Source: Octopus sinensis (Eukaryota). Taken from it: a DNA stretch of 64,000 bases. This document shows positions 38,754 through 52,214 of this stretch, one piece after another; the first letter of the stretch is position 1, and the number at the start of each line of letters is the position of its first letter. Below the pieces are notes generated by a model, which was not told the origin of the DNA, did not search any database, and saw only the letters and a list, made by a program, of their open reading frames with translations. The position numbers were made by a program, and so were the translations under genes. The stretch spans positions 41,304,464 to 41,368,463 of the forward strand of contig NC_043011.1 in assembly GCF_006345805.1 (NCBI RefSeq). The letters run 5' to 3'.

Positions 38754-38846
<93 letters not shown>

Positions 38847-39074
38847 CATTGATTGATTGATTGATTCTAGTTTCAGCTTATGAGCTGTGGCCATGCTGGG
38901 GCACCGCCATTTATTATTATTATTACCATCATCATCATAAATTCTTTGAGTTCTACATTTTCTCTTGTCGAGTCTCATTCTGATACTTGAGGCAAAATTT
39001 GGAAATGCACGCATTTACAATCAGTCGGGTTACAACTGTCACCATAAACAGAACAGTAAATGTCTTTGCAAGGT

Positions 39075-39341
39075 ATTTAAATTGATAATGTCCTTCTGGA
39101 GACATCTACAGCGCCAGTCAGCGCTATTTTCAGTATCCCTTACATGGATGGCTTTCCAGTTATCTCGTCCAAATGCATCCATGTTCCCTCATCATAAGTC
39201 CACCGATTATCACTGGCACTGTACAGGCCTTAAGATGCCACATTTTCTCAATTTCAGTCATCAGAGCTTCATATTTACTGAGTCCCAATTCCAATATCCC
39301 TTTCTGATATCTTTATTGCTGTTGTCTCCCCTTTTGACCGG
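39075..39341 (-). mobile_element. R4/Dong-like LINE, RLE domain remnant
   Basis: LSKYEALMTEIEKMWHLKACTVPVIIGGL..KIALTGAV..RRTLSI*. Confidence 0.75.
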
Positions 39342-39349
39342 TGTAAATC

Positions 39350-39763
39350 CAGGGCCGGATTACGACCCATCGAGGCTCTAAGCACTTAAAAGATTTTGGT
39401 GCCCCGATAAAAGATTATGTAATTCAAAATATAAACAGTAACAAACCATAAAATAAATTTTTAGTTTTCAAAAGTAAGAGGGAAAATAATGTTTATTTTT
39501 GTAAATTTCCACTTTATTTATATTTGAAAAGTTTCCTCCTACTGTTTTGAATTGCAAAGTATTTGATCAGCTCCTCAAAATTAATCTTAGGTAACACATC
39601 TGCATCTATACTTAGTAGAGATAAAGGCAGATCGAATATTATTTTAGCAAGTTTAAAGTGATTTCTTTTGTGCCGTCAACCATTTACCATTTCTGTGATG
39701 TCTCCTCCTTCCTTTGATGCCCAAAATATCTGCTTATTTGGCTTAATGGTTAATCCAGCGCTA
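39350..39763 (-). mobile_element. Internally deleted hAT transposon
   Basis: 8-bp TSD tgtaaatc (39342-39349 and 39764-39771); TIRs cagggccggatta / taatccagcgcta; minus-strand LSLLSIDADVLPKINFEELIKYFAIQNSRR (hAT dimerisation C-terminus). Confidence 0.88.
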
Positions 39764-40834
39764 TGTAAATCCCATTTTTTATGCATTGTATTTCGTCCCT
39801 TTAAAATTGCCCTCAATGTCTTGAGCCCCGGTGGCCAATAAAAGAAACCAGTATCATTATTAGCATTATTATTATTATCATCATCATCGTCACCATCATC
39901 ATCATCATCATCATCATCATTGTGATTAGCATCAATACTTGAATCTTTCACATTCAATATAGGTCAATTAGAGCATTCATCTGTTTTTTAATATCACACA
40001 TGGTGCAACAAAAGAGGGAACATTCCAGAAAAGTAATCTTGAAAGGCGGGAGGGGGGAGGCAGAAAGAAAGAAAAACAACAAGGACAACAACAAGGAAAA
40101 TAATTAATAAAAATTGCAAAAATTACACACAAAAAAAAAGAAAACAAAAACAAAAACTTATTTCTTGAAAAACAATTTATTCACAATATAGAATTAAAAG
40201 CAGAAATTTAATCAAGATATTATGTAGATAACTAATCTCCGTGTATACACACACACATATATATATATGTGTGTGTGTGTAAACATATATATTATATATA
40301 TATATAGATATATATATATATATATATATTATTATATATATTATATATATATGTATGTATATATATATGTATATATATATATGATATATATATATATGAA
40401 TATATATATATATGTATACTATATATATATATATATATATCATATATATATATATATGTATATATATGTATATATATATATATGTATATACATTATGTGC
40501 TTATGTTCATGTGTTTATAAATAATATATGCAAAATACACACACACATATACGCATATATCACACTGATATACATATATGGATAAATATATTACCTTTCC
40601 TCATTAAAAAAAAATAGAATATATACGAATGTACATTATAGAATTTTTATTTCTTTAGATTGAATGTAATCAAAGGTTTCATGGCGGTATATACACAAAC
40701 ATACTAACACAAACCCACATAGACACGCACATATACACATATACATATATATATATATGTATATTTACGTATACAGATACACGTATGTATATATATATAT
40801 ATATGTCTACATGTATGTAGGTATAAGTATGTGT

Positions 40835-40869
<35 letters not shown>

Positions 40870-41062
40870 TACATACACACACATATATATATATATATGT
40901 GGTGTGTATACACGGAGATTATATATATATACATAGAGGTGTTTCTAGGGTGTATATTTTACAAGGTGGGTATGTTGCCAAGTCCACCTCGGAAAGTAAG
41001 TATAGAGGTAACAGGAAAAAAGCAAATTAAAAACATATAACAATAACAACAATAACAACAAC

Positions 41063-41093
<31 letters not shown>

Positions 41094-41137
41094 GTGAAGA
41101 TGTGCGTGCGTGTGCATGTGTGTGTGTGCGTGCGTGC

Positions 41138-41168
<31 letters not shown>

Positions 41169-41428
41169 CGTGCGTGTGTGTGTGTTGCGTGTGTGTGTGT
41201 GTGTGTGTGTGGTGTGTGTGTGTGTGTGTGGTGTGTGTGTGTGTGTGTGCAAAGAAGCAGATGCGGAAGAAAAGAGAAAACTTAATTTACAATTTTGCGG
41301 TTTTTCTTGGAGAAGAATTTTTGTGTGATTTTGGTAATTAAGAAAGTTTTGTCTAAGTTTCACCTCTTTTCTTATTGGAAGACTGTGTAGAGAGTTGACT
41401 GAGTATACACATGCACACACACACGCAC

Positions 41429-41469
<41 letters not shown>

Positions 41470-41760
41470 CGTGCGCACACACACACACACACACACTAAC
41501 ACTCAAACACTCTGATATACAATCACACGCACGAACACGTATATTTGTAAGTGTTCATATGTATGTACACATATATTTATAAGTGTATATATATATATAT
41601 GTGTGTGTTTTGTGTGTGTGTGTATATGTATGTATGTATGTATATATGTATGCATGTAAATATATATATATAGAGAGAGAGAGAAAGAAGGAGAGAGAGA
41701 TGGAGAGAGTAAGAAAGACAGATAAAGGGAGGGAGAATATAACAAGACTGATTGCGTGCG

Positions 41761-41793
<33 letters not shown>

Positions 41794-41794
41794 G

Positions 41795-42343
41795 CTAGAG
41801 AGCAGCACATGCTATCGAATTCATGCAAGGGCACAAATATCTGGAGCCCAGTATACCCATCATGATTACCCGACTGATAAGGGTACACCAGGCACATGCA
41901 TCACAACCATATTTACGCGACATGGTGATTTCATATCAAGATTAAACTGCGCATGACCTTGCAGGTGGGGCCCAATTAGAATTTTCTTCGAGTAGCCCCA
42001 CCCGCTCAAATGGCCCTTGAATAAGGGCAGTTTAAAAATTTTGAACGAAACACCCATGTTTCCAGAGGTGAATTACTCAAATCCCAAAGAATTCCTCTCA
42101 ACACATGGCTATGATACTCCCCCACTAATTCTGCTCGTGATCAGAGATACATATATCGTCAGCCACTAAAGGATATGCTCAACTGGTTATGGTCAAACAA
42201 CTGACAAGCAAATCTGTGGTATAGAGCAGGATATTTGCTGTAGCTCATCTTTTATACCAAGACAAAACAATGTACATGATAACACTTCCAATCAGTTAAG
42301 ATCAGAAGCCATGAAAACCATTGTCTGGTACTGCATCAGGGCA
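41795..42343 (-). mobile_element. ~550-bp retroposon, copy 4 (full length, more diverged)
   Basis: Same right end (gcatcagggca) as copy 2; flanked by (GTT)n and a (CCT)/(CAT) tract. Confidence 0.85.
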
Positions 42344-42376
42344 TTCATTCATTCCTCCTCCTCCTCCTCCTCCTCC

Positions 42377-42407
<31 letters not shown>

Positions 42408-42417
42408 TATTATTATT

Positions 42418-42948
42418 AAGGCGACGAGCTGGCAAAATGTTAGCGCGCCGGGCGAAATACTTAGCAGTATTTCGCCCGTCTTTACGTTCTGGGTTCAAAT
42501 TCCGCCGAGGTTGACTTTTGCCTTTCATCCTTTCGATGAAATACCATTAAATACAAGTGAAACACTGGGGTCGATATAATCGACTAGCCCCTTCCTCCAA
42601 AGTTTCAGGCTTTGTGCCTTCAGTAGAAAGGATTATAATAATTATTATTGTTATTATTATTTTTTTTCTTCTTTCAAATTTGCTTCCATTTCTTGCCGAG
42701 TGTCTTCCCGACTCCTAGGGCAAAGAAACTCATAGTATACATTGGTAGGCCTTTAAACTAAACTCAATAGTTCGCTCATTTTTTTTTTTAAGTTAAATTA
42801 AAATACATGGGTAGTAATAGTTCTCACATCGACAATGCTCTTCTCAATACGTGTGATGTACCAATTAAGACAATCTTTTGCACTTCTTGCAGGGATGGTA
42901 AGCCAGGGATCATTGTCATATAATTTTCGGTTCCCTTATCATTATTAC

Positions 42949-42997
<49 letters not shown>

Positions 42998-43002
42998 TAT
43001 TA

Positions 43003-43042
<40 letters not shown>

Positions 43043-43544
43043 AAGGCAGCAAATTGGCTGAATCGTTAGCACTCCGGACAAAATGTTTGACAGCATTTCT
43101 TCCGACTCATTACGTTCTTAGTTCAGACAACGCTGAAATCGGTTTTGCCTTTCATCCTTTCGGGGTCAATGAAACAAGAACCAATTCAGCATTGAGGTCG
43201 ATGGAATCGATTAACCCCTTTCCCCGAAAAATTTCAGGGCGTTGCGAAAGGATGGGAGGCAAAATCGGCCTCAGCGTAATTTGAACTCGGAACGTAAAGA
43301 CAGATGAAGTACCTATTTCTTTACTACCCACAAGGGGCTAAATACAGAGAGGACAAAAAAGAACAGACAAACGGATTAAGTCGATTACATCGACCCCAGT
43401 GCGTAACTGGTACTTATTTAATCGACCCCGAAAGGATGAAAGGCAAAGTCGACCTCGGTGGAATTTGTACTCAGAACGTAGCGGCAGATGAAATACCGCT
43501 AGGCATTTCGCCCGGCGCGCTAGCAATTCTGCCAGCTCGCCGCC

Positions 43545-43617
<73 letters not shown>

Positions 43618-44062
43618 AAATAATAATAATAACAATAACAACAACAACAACGACGACGACAAAAACAACATCAACAACAATAATAATCCTTTCTACTAAA
43701 GGTACAAGGCCTGAAATTTTGGAAGAGGGGACTAGTCGATTATATCGACCCCAGTGCTTCATTGGTACTTAAGTTATCGACCCCGAAAGGATGAAAGGCA
43801 AAGTCGACCTCGGCGTAATTTGAACTGAGAACGTAAAAACGGGCGAAATTCCTATTTCTTTACTACCCACAAGGGGTTAAACACAGAGGAGACAAACAAG
43901 GACAGACAGATGGATTAAGTCGATTATATTGACCCCAGTGCGTAACTGGTACTTATTTAATCGATCCCGAAAGGATGAAAGGCAAAGTCGACCTCAGCGG
44001 AATTTGAACTCAGAACGTAGCGGCAGACGAAATACTGCTTAGCATTTTGTCCGGCATGCTTA
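42418..44062. mobile_element. Cluster of OK-like SINEs in both orientations (+42418-42632, +43043-43240, -43245-43547, -43686-44062) plus an R4/Dong C-terminal fragment (-42690-42938)
   Basis: Matches to 7558-7791; minus-strand IPGLPSLQEVQKIVLIGTSHVLRRALSM*. Confidence 0.85.
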
Positions 44063-44361
44063 ATCCAAATACTATATGCATACGTTGATCTTTGGATGCA
44101 TAAATACAGACATGGACACACATGAAGATACCAGCGTAAGCCCGGGTGTGGCTGTGAGGTAAGAAGATTGCTTCCCAACAACATGGTTCTGGGTTCAGTC
44201 CTACTGCATGACACCTTGGGCAAGTCATCGTGTGCTGTGTGCTTTTTATTAAAATTATCACAGAATTCACGTTCTCGTTCGTCGGATAGTTGTGATAGAT
44301 ATTTCTCACAACTGTCCTACGAACATGAACGTGAAACTCTGAGTAACAGCCGTGTGATATT

Positions 44362-44506
44362 TGCAGCTACAATAAAAAGTATATTACTCTACTTTTAGTA
44401 TTTAAGTACTACTTTAAGTAGTACTTAAATACTAAAAGTAGGTAATATACTTTTTATTGTAGCTGCACCTTACAGCGAATATATATATATATATATATAA
44501 TATATA

Positions 44507-44545
<39 letters not shown>

Positions 44546-44558
44546 TCGCTGTAAGGTG
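44362..44558. repeat. Two abutting palindromes (44362-44467 and 44466-44558)
   Basis: Near-perfect 106-bp palindrome, then caccttacagcgaata-(TA)n-tattcgctgtaaggtg. Confidence 0.9.
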
Positions 44559-44608
44559 AATGATACAAGAGGAGTTGAGTGAGTGAGGCCCAGTTGAGAC
44601 TAGAAATA

Positions 44609-45883
44609 CGAAGGACGTTCAATAAGTAATGCCTCTGACCCACTTGCAGTTGTTTGATCTAGTTGTTTGCATGTGCAATCATTTATATCTCTATAGAGTA
44701 AGTGGCAAATTACAGCTCTGAATTAATTGCGGTTTCTGATTTACAGGTGTTTGAACCGAGTCAAGTGTGAAATGGAGCCTGTTGAGTGTCGAGCAGTAAT
44801 CTGGTTTTTGTATTTGAAAGGACGCACACCACGGGAGACTTTTGATGAAATGAAAGTAACTTATGGTGATGATGCCCTATCATATGACCTTGTAATACAC
44901 TGGCATCGTGAATTCAAACATGGTCGGAACTCTGTGGAAACAGCTCCCAGATCTGGTCGCCCCTTCTGCCATTGATGAGGCATCTGTCCGTCAAATTGAG
45001 GCTGCCATTTTGGAAGATCGACGCATAATTATTCGCCAAATAGCCCATGAGGTCAAGATTAGTACCGGGTCTGTGGAAACTGATTCATGACCATTTGCAT
45101 ATGCAAGGTGTCTGCCAGATGGATTCCCCGGTTGCTCACGCCTTTCCAGAAGAAGCAAGAACGCGTCGAGTGCTCGAGGGTGAATTGGAGATGTGCCAAG
45201 AAGATGAGTCAAAATTTTTCAAAAGACTGATTACACAGGATGAAACCTGGGTCCATCACGATGATCCAGAGACCAAAGCCCAGTCAATGCAGTGGAAGCA
45301 CCGTGACTCACCCCATCCAAAGAAGGCAAGGGTGCAGCCCTCCGCTTGCAAGGTCTGCTCACAGTCTTCTGAGACCAGGACGGAGTAGTGATGACAGATT
45401 TCCTGGCAAAGGGTACCACAATTGCAGGAGCTATTATGCTTCACTTTTGAGGAAATTAAGAGAAGTTATCAAAATCAAGAGGCGGGGCAAGATCAGCAAA
45501 GGCATCCTCCTCCTGCAGGACAACGCTCCGGTCCACAACTCGCTTGTCGCCAGATCAGAAGCACAGGTCATGAACAACTCTCCCCCTCCCCCTACTTTCC
45601 TGACCTTGCACCCTCTGATTTTCACCTCTTCCCAGTCATGAAGTTGTTTTTGAAAGAAAGCGTTTCCCAGATGATGCAGCCTTGATTTCTGAAGTCACGT
45701 TCAGGTTGGAGGACCAAGCTGGGGTCTTCTACAAAAACGGTCTCCAGAGCTGCATCAAACAATGGGAGAAATGCGTAACTCTGGGTGGTTCCTATGTAGA
45801 AAAAGACTAATAACTGTGCCAAGTTTCGTTGCTCTACTGCTATGGGAAGTGGGTCAGGGGCATTACTTATTGAACGCCCCTCG
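44609..45883 (+). mobile_element. Full-length mariner transposon (irritans-like) with pseudogenised transposase (~44772-45810)
   Basis: TA TSD, 37-bp TIRs with 3 mismatches, 1275 bp. Motifs MEPVECRAVI, WIPRLL, ITQDETWV, LLQDNAPVH and YFPDLAPSDFHLF, with several frameshifts. Confidence 0.96.
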
Positions 45884-46474
45884 TACCTTTGGCAAATGTG
45901 GAGTTACGGAAAGATCATGCTGGGCATATCATCAATATAAACCTTTATCAACGTTCTTATCATCCTTAACCAGATTTCAGACAATGGTGTGTGTGCTAAC
46001 ATATTTCTATTTTGGGGTCCGTTTTAATAGCTTTATAAATTCCAATGCAATAGACCTAGGAATTCGTTACTGGTAATAAATTACAGCATATACAGATTAA
46101 CTTTGGACCCCTAAACACGTGGGGTCACCAGAATGTCTGTGCAGCCTGAAGGCAGCACTGTATACAGGTGGAGGTTTGACCCCACCTTATCATGGATTAT
46201 TGGGACTGTATTGTTTGGTGCCTCTGCAAAACTCCACTTACCTTTAATGATGCAAGTTTGACGCAGGTGTTTAAAGTAGTAAAAAGGATGTTCCACTGGA
46301 TGAAACGGGGTTCTGTGCACCCCATACACAATGTCTTTACAAAAGCATAAATACACTCATTACAAACATGTACACAATATCATTATCAAGTTAATTCTGT
46401 ATTTCTACGATGAGTGAAAGCAACACTCGAGATGATGACACCACTCGACTAAATTAAACAGTGTACTTAACATT

Positions 46475-47952
46475 ATAAACACATACATACGGTTATTACA
46501 AACACATACACAAAAATCATTTCAGGCACATACTTACTGTTATTAAAAACGCATACAAAATATTATTTCAAACACATACATATGGTTATTACAAAGACGT
46601 ACAAAAAAATCATTTCAAACACTTACATACGGTTATTACAAACACGTACAAAAATATCATTTCAAACACATACATATGGTTATTACAAACACGTACGCAA
46701 AATCATTTTAAACACATACATATGGTTATTACAAACACATACACAAAATCATTTTAAACACATACATATGGTTATTACAAACACGTACACAAAATCATTT
46801 TAAACACGTACATACGGTTATTACAAACACGTACACGGTTATTACAAACACGTACAAAAATCATTTTAAAAAACACATACATACGGTTATTACAAACACG
46901 TACAACAAAAATATCATTTCAAACACATATATATGGTTATTACAAACACGTACGCAAAATCACTTTAAACAAAGTACATACGGTTATTACAAACCGTACA
47001 AAAAGTCATTTAAAACACATACATATGGTTATTACAAACACGTACACAAAATCATTTTAAAAAAAACACGTACTCGTTATTACAAACACATACACATATC
47101 ATTTTAAACACGTACATACGGTTATTACAAACACGTACACAAAATCATTTTAAACACGTACATACGGTTATTACAAACACGTACACGGTTATTACAAACA
47201 CGTACAAAAAATCATTTTAAACACATACATACGGTTATTACAAACACGTACAAAAATATCATTTCAAACACATACATATGGTTATTACAAACACGTACGC
47301 AAAATCACTTTAAACACGTACATACGGTTATTACAAACACGTACAAAAAGTCATTTTAAACACATACATATGGTTATTACAAACACGTACACAAAATCAT
47401 TTTAAACACGTACATACGGTTATTACAAACACATACACATATTCATTTTAAACACGTACATACGGTTATTACAAACACGTACACAAAATCATTTTAAACA
47501 CGTACATACGGTTATTACAAACACGTACACACATAATCATTTTAAACACGTACATACGGATATTACAACACATACTCATATCATTTTAAAAAAACACACA
47601 TACGGTTATTACAAACACGTACACAAAATCATTTTAAACACTAACATACGGTTATTTAAAACACATACACATATATTCATTTTAAAACAATACATAGGTT
47701 ATTACAAACACATACACAAAATCATTTTAAACCCGTACATACGGTTATTACAAACACATAACACATATTCATTTTAAACACGTACATACGGTTATTACAA
47801 CACGACTACCAAAATCATTTTAAACACGTACATACGGTTATTACAAACATATACACATATTCATTTTAAACACGTACATACGGGTATTACAAACACGTAC
47901 ACAAAATAATTTTAAACACATACATATGGTTATTACAAACACGTACACAAAT
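46475..47952. repeat. ~46-bp satellite (catacggttattacaaacacgtacacaaaatcattttaaacacgta) x ~32
   Basis: Tandem units read directly; degenerate inverted units at ~48085-48410. Confidence 0.95.
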
Positions 47953-48630
47953 AGAGAGAGAGAGGGGAGGGTGAAGGTGTTACTCTGAGTTTTTTCCTGC
48001 TTCATTTTCGGACAGTTGTTGAAAACTGAGCAGACATTTCAACAAGAGTTTTACAGATTTTAATAAAATGGCGATGCCCTGAATGGCTGTGTATGTGTTT
48101 GAAAGGGTATTTTGAATGCGACTCTATTAACCGTATGTATGAGTTTGAAATGATTTTGTGAATGTGTTTTTAATAGCCGTATGTATGTGTTAAAAATGAA
48201 TATGGTGTGACGTGTTTTTGGAATAACCCATATAAAAGTATGTGTGTAATAATGGGTAAGACTGTTGTTAGTGTAATGATGTCGGGGTATTTACTATAAT
48301 GTCATAGTGTATGATTTTTAAAATAACTATGATTTTGTGTGTACGGTTTGTAATAACCATATGATTTAGATGTATGTGTTTAAAATGATTTGGTACTTTT
48401 TTGTAATAATATATATATATAATACACACACCACCATATAATGTCTATCTTTATGTCTATCTATAACCACATTTGTAAATTGTTATGGGGAAATATTAGA
48501 TAAACAGATCGATAGATAGATAAAATTTACTCTAATTTCATACCCCCTCCACACACACTCATTCACATATGATAAGCATTTAGAAACATAAATAAATGGG
48601 TATAAATAAGTAGATATGTAAATATATATA

Positions 48631-48672
<42 letters not shown>

Positions 48673-48757
48673 TTATGTGTGTGTGGTGTGTGTGTGTGTA
48701 TACATATAAGTAGATATGTATGCATGTATGTAATTATGTATATATAGTGTATATATA

Positions 48758-48805
<48 letters not shown>

Positions 48806-48808
48806 TTG

Positions 48809-48886
<78 letters not shown>

Positions 48887-49381
48887 TACATGTATATGTA
48901 CATATCAGCATTGTTAAGAAATAAATAATAGTAGCTGTACATATATATATATATAATATATATATTATATATATATATAATATATATATAATATATGTAT
49001 ATATATATATTATATAATATATATATAATACATACATATATATATATATATATATTAATATATATATTAATATATATAATATATATATATATATATATGT
49101 ATATATATGTATGATGTGTATGTATGTATGTATGTATGTATGTATGTATGTATGTATGTATCTATGTATGTATGTGTATGCAAATAAGGAGCGAGAGAGA
49201 GAGAGTGAGAGCGGGAATAGGCATCTGGCAACGTATCAATATACATGTAAGAATTAAACCGAAGCAATGAGTGTCGAGTGTGAGAACTTAATAACATTTT
49301 TGTTGATGGTTTGTGTTGCCAGTTGTGAGCTGTGTGTATGTGTGAGTACATCTATGTAGATGTCTGTGTGTGTGTGTGTGT

Positions 49382-49422
<41 letters not shown>

Positions 49423-49516
49423 CATGTGTATGCGTGTGTGTGCAGATACACGCACTCATATACGTATATCAATGTGCATGCTTGTATGTATATATATATA
49501 CATACATATATATACT

Positions 49517-49557
<41 letters not shown>

Positions 49558-49642
49558 GTGTGCATTTCACTGCTTCTGTATATGTATGTATATATATTTA
49601 TGCATATATGTATATATATATATATAATATATATATCTATAT

Positions 49643-49681
<39 letters not shown>

Positions 49682-50058
49682 CTATATACATATGTGTGTG
49701 TGTGTATGTATGAATACATATATAAAGGCAATGTATTTATGCATATATATTTGTGTGTGTGTGTGTGTGTTTATGTGTGAGTGTGTGTGTGTGTGTATAA
49801 GTAAGTACGTATGTATATATTAATGAATGTATATATCTTGCATGTGGTTGCATATGTGTAAATATATACATGCATATATGTAGAATTTATGTATGTATGT
49901 ATGTATGTATACCTGTGTGCATATTTAAATTATATACACTGTATCTACCTCTTCGTATGTGCGCACTTGAGTGTGTGAATACGCTTGCAGTTTTATACAA
50001 ACACATTCACACATTTATACACACACACATATGTATATAAACATATATATATATTTGC

Positions 50059-50097
<39 letters not shown>

Positions 50098-50200
50098 TTA
50101 CACATATATATATACATACTTACACACACACACACATATATATATACATACATACCTAAATAAATACATACATACATACATACATACATACATACATACA

Positions 50201-50236
<36 letters not shown>

Positions 50237-50530
50237 TACTCACAGATATGTATGTATGTACATATATATGTATACATTTATAATTATATACATATATTTA
50301 TACAGATAAATGTATGTATTTATTTATGTACATGTGTATATATATATATGTATGTATATATATGTACATATAAATACATATATTTACATATATATATGTA
50401 TGTATATATGTACATATATATATGTGGACATATATATATATATGTACAAATATATATATATGTATATATGCACATGTATATATATGTACATGTATGTGTA
50501 TGCATATATATATATATATAGTTATATATG

Positions 50531-50562
<32 letters not shown>

Positions 50563-50779
50563 TGTATGTATGTATGTATGGTATGTATGTATGTATGCAT
50601 GTATGTATGTATACCTAACAAGTCCCACCATAGAAAGATGTTATTATTTCGAGCTGTCGTTCTAAACTCATTGCTTTAACTAATTCACCGTCTTTACCTC
50701 GGCGGCTCCATTTAAACTAATTAACTCGCATCATTCATCTATTTACTTATTTATATATTTATTTTACACAATTTTTATC

Positions 50780-50945
50780 ATTGATTTGCCAATCAGATTA
50801 AAGATTACTCTGCTACAAACGTGGCAGAGCGGTGAGTTAAGACAGAGAGGGACGGATGTCTGTAGGAAGGAGATGTGTAGGCGCGTGGCTATGAGTGGGA
50901 GGGGAGTGGCATGACGTATATAAGAGTATATAAACGTTTGTATTG
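50780..50945 (+). promoter_or_regulatory. Candidate Pol II promoter
   Basis: CCAAT (gccaatca, 50788), gggagggg (50897), tgacgt (50912) and tatataaa (50927) in canonical order within unique DNA. No downstream CDS identified. Confidence 0.3.
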
Positions 50946-51243
50946 TACTGTGGTATTGTAACAGTGGTAGTAGTGGTAAATTTTGCTGTAGTGGTGGTGG
51001 CGCTGTAATAGTGGCGATGGTGGTGGAGTGGTGTTCTCTCATCTGCTTTGTGTTTTGTTGTTGCTATTGCTATTAAAGTTTATTACAGTAATTACTTGTT
51101 TATACGTGTGTGTGTGTGTGTGTGTGTACCGTAATTATGTGCGCTTGAGTGTGTGTTTGTGTGAGATGATATATATATATATATACCTATGTAGTTAAAC
51201 ATCTATATATCTATTTACCTATATGTACGTTTATTATACTTAC

Positions 51244-51281
<38 letters not shown>

Positions 51282-51402
51282 ACATATACATATATATGTG
51301 CATATATATATATATAATATATATTGTATATATATATATATTATATGTATGTATATATACACATATATATGTGTGTGTATGTATATCTATATAAATATAT
51401 AT

Positions 51403-51465
<63 letters not shown>

Positions 51466-51480
51466 GCATATATACATATA

Positions 51481-51516
<36 letters not shown>

Positions 51517-52214
51517 TTGTTGCTGAGTTCGATGAGGTCTTGTCTATTTGATTTATTTATTGAAGTTGTTTTTCTGTAATCATTTGATTTCGTCTAATTA
51601 TTTCTAAGATTGGCAGACATATTAGAGTAACTTTAATTGACTGCACTCAACTGCAGTATACAGCTGGTATGTTTGTTTTTATCCAATCTGGAATGAAAAA
51701 AGTCAGCAGGAAGATACGAACTCAAAACGTGAGACTACATAGATACCATATTCTCTGTGTATTTCGTTCGTCACGTCACCGTGTCTCCCTTCCCCACTAC
51801 AAGAAGAAGAAGAAGATGATGATGATGTTGGTGGTGGTGGTGGTGGTGGTGGTGACGGTGGTTGTTGGTGGTGGTGGTGGTGGTGGTGGTGGTGGTGGTG
51901 ATGGTGGTGGTGGTGGTGGTAATGGTGGTGGTGGTAGTGGTGGTGGTGGTAGTGGTGGTGGTGGTAGTGGTGGTGGTGGTGGTGATGAAGAAGGAGAAGA
52001 AGAAGAAGATGATGATGATGGTGATGAGGATGATGATGATGGTGGTGGTGGTGGTGGTGGTGGTGGTGGTGGTGGTGACGATGACGAAGAAGAAGAAGAA
52101 GAAGATGATGAAGAAGATGATGATGATGAAAAAGAAGAAGAAGATGATGAAGAAGATGATGATGATGAAAAAGAAGAAGAAGAAGAAGGCAGATGCATGA
52201 CTGTGTTAATAAAT

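Noticed and set aside
46475-47952. CRISPR-like or telomeric array
   Set aside because: Head-to-tail satellite without spacers; not TTAGGG-like.
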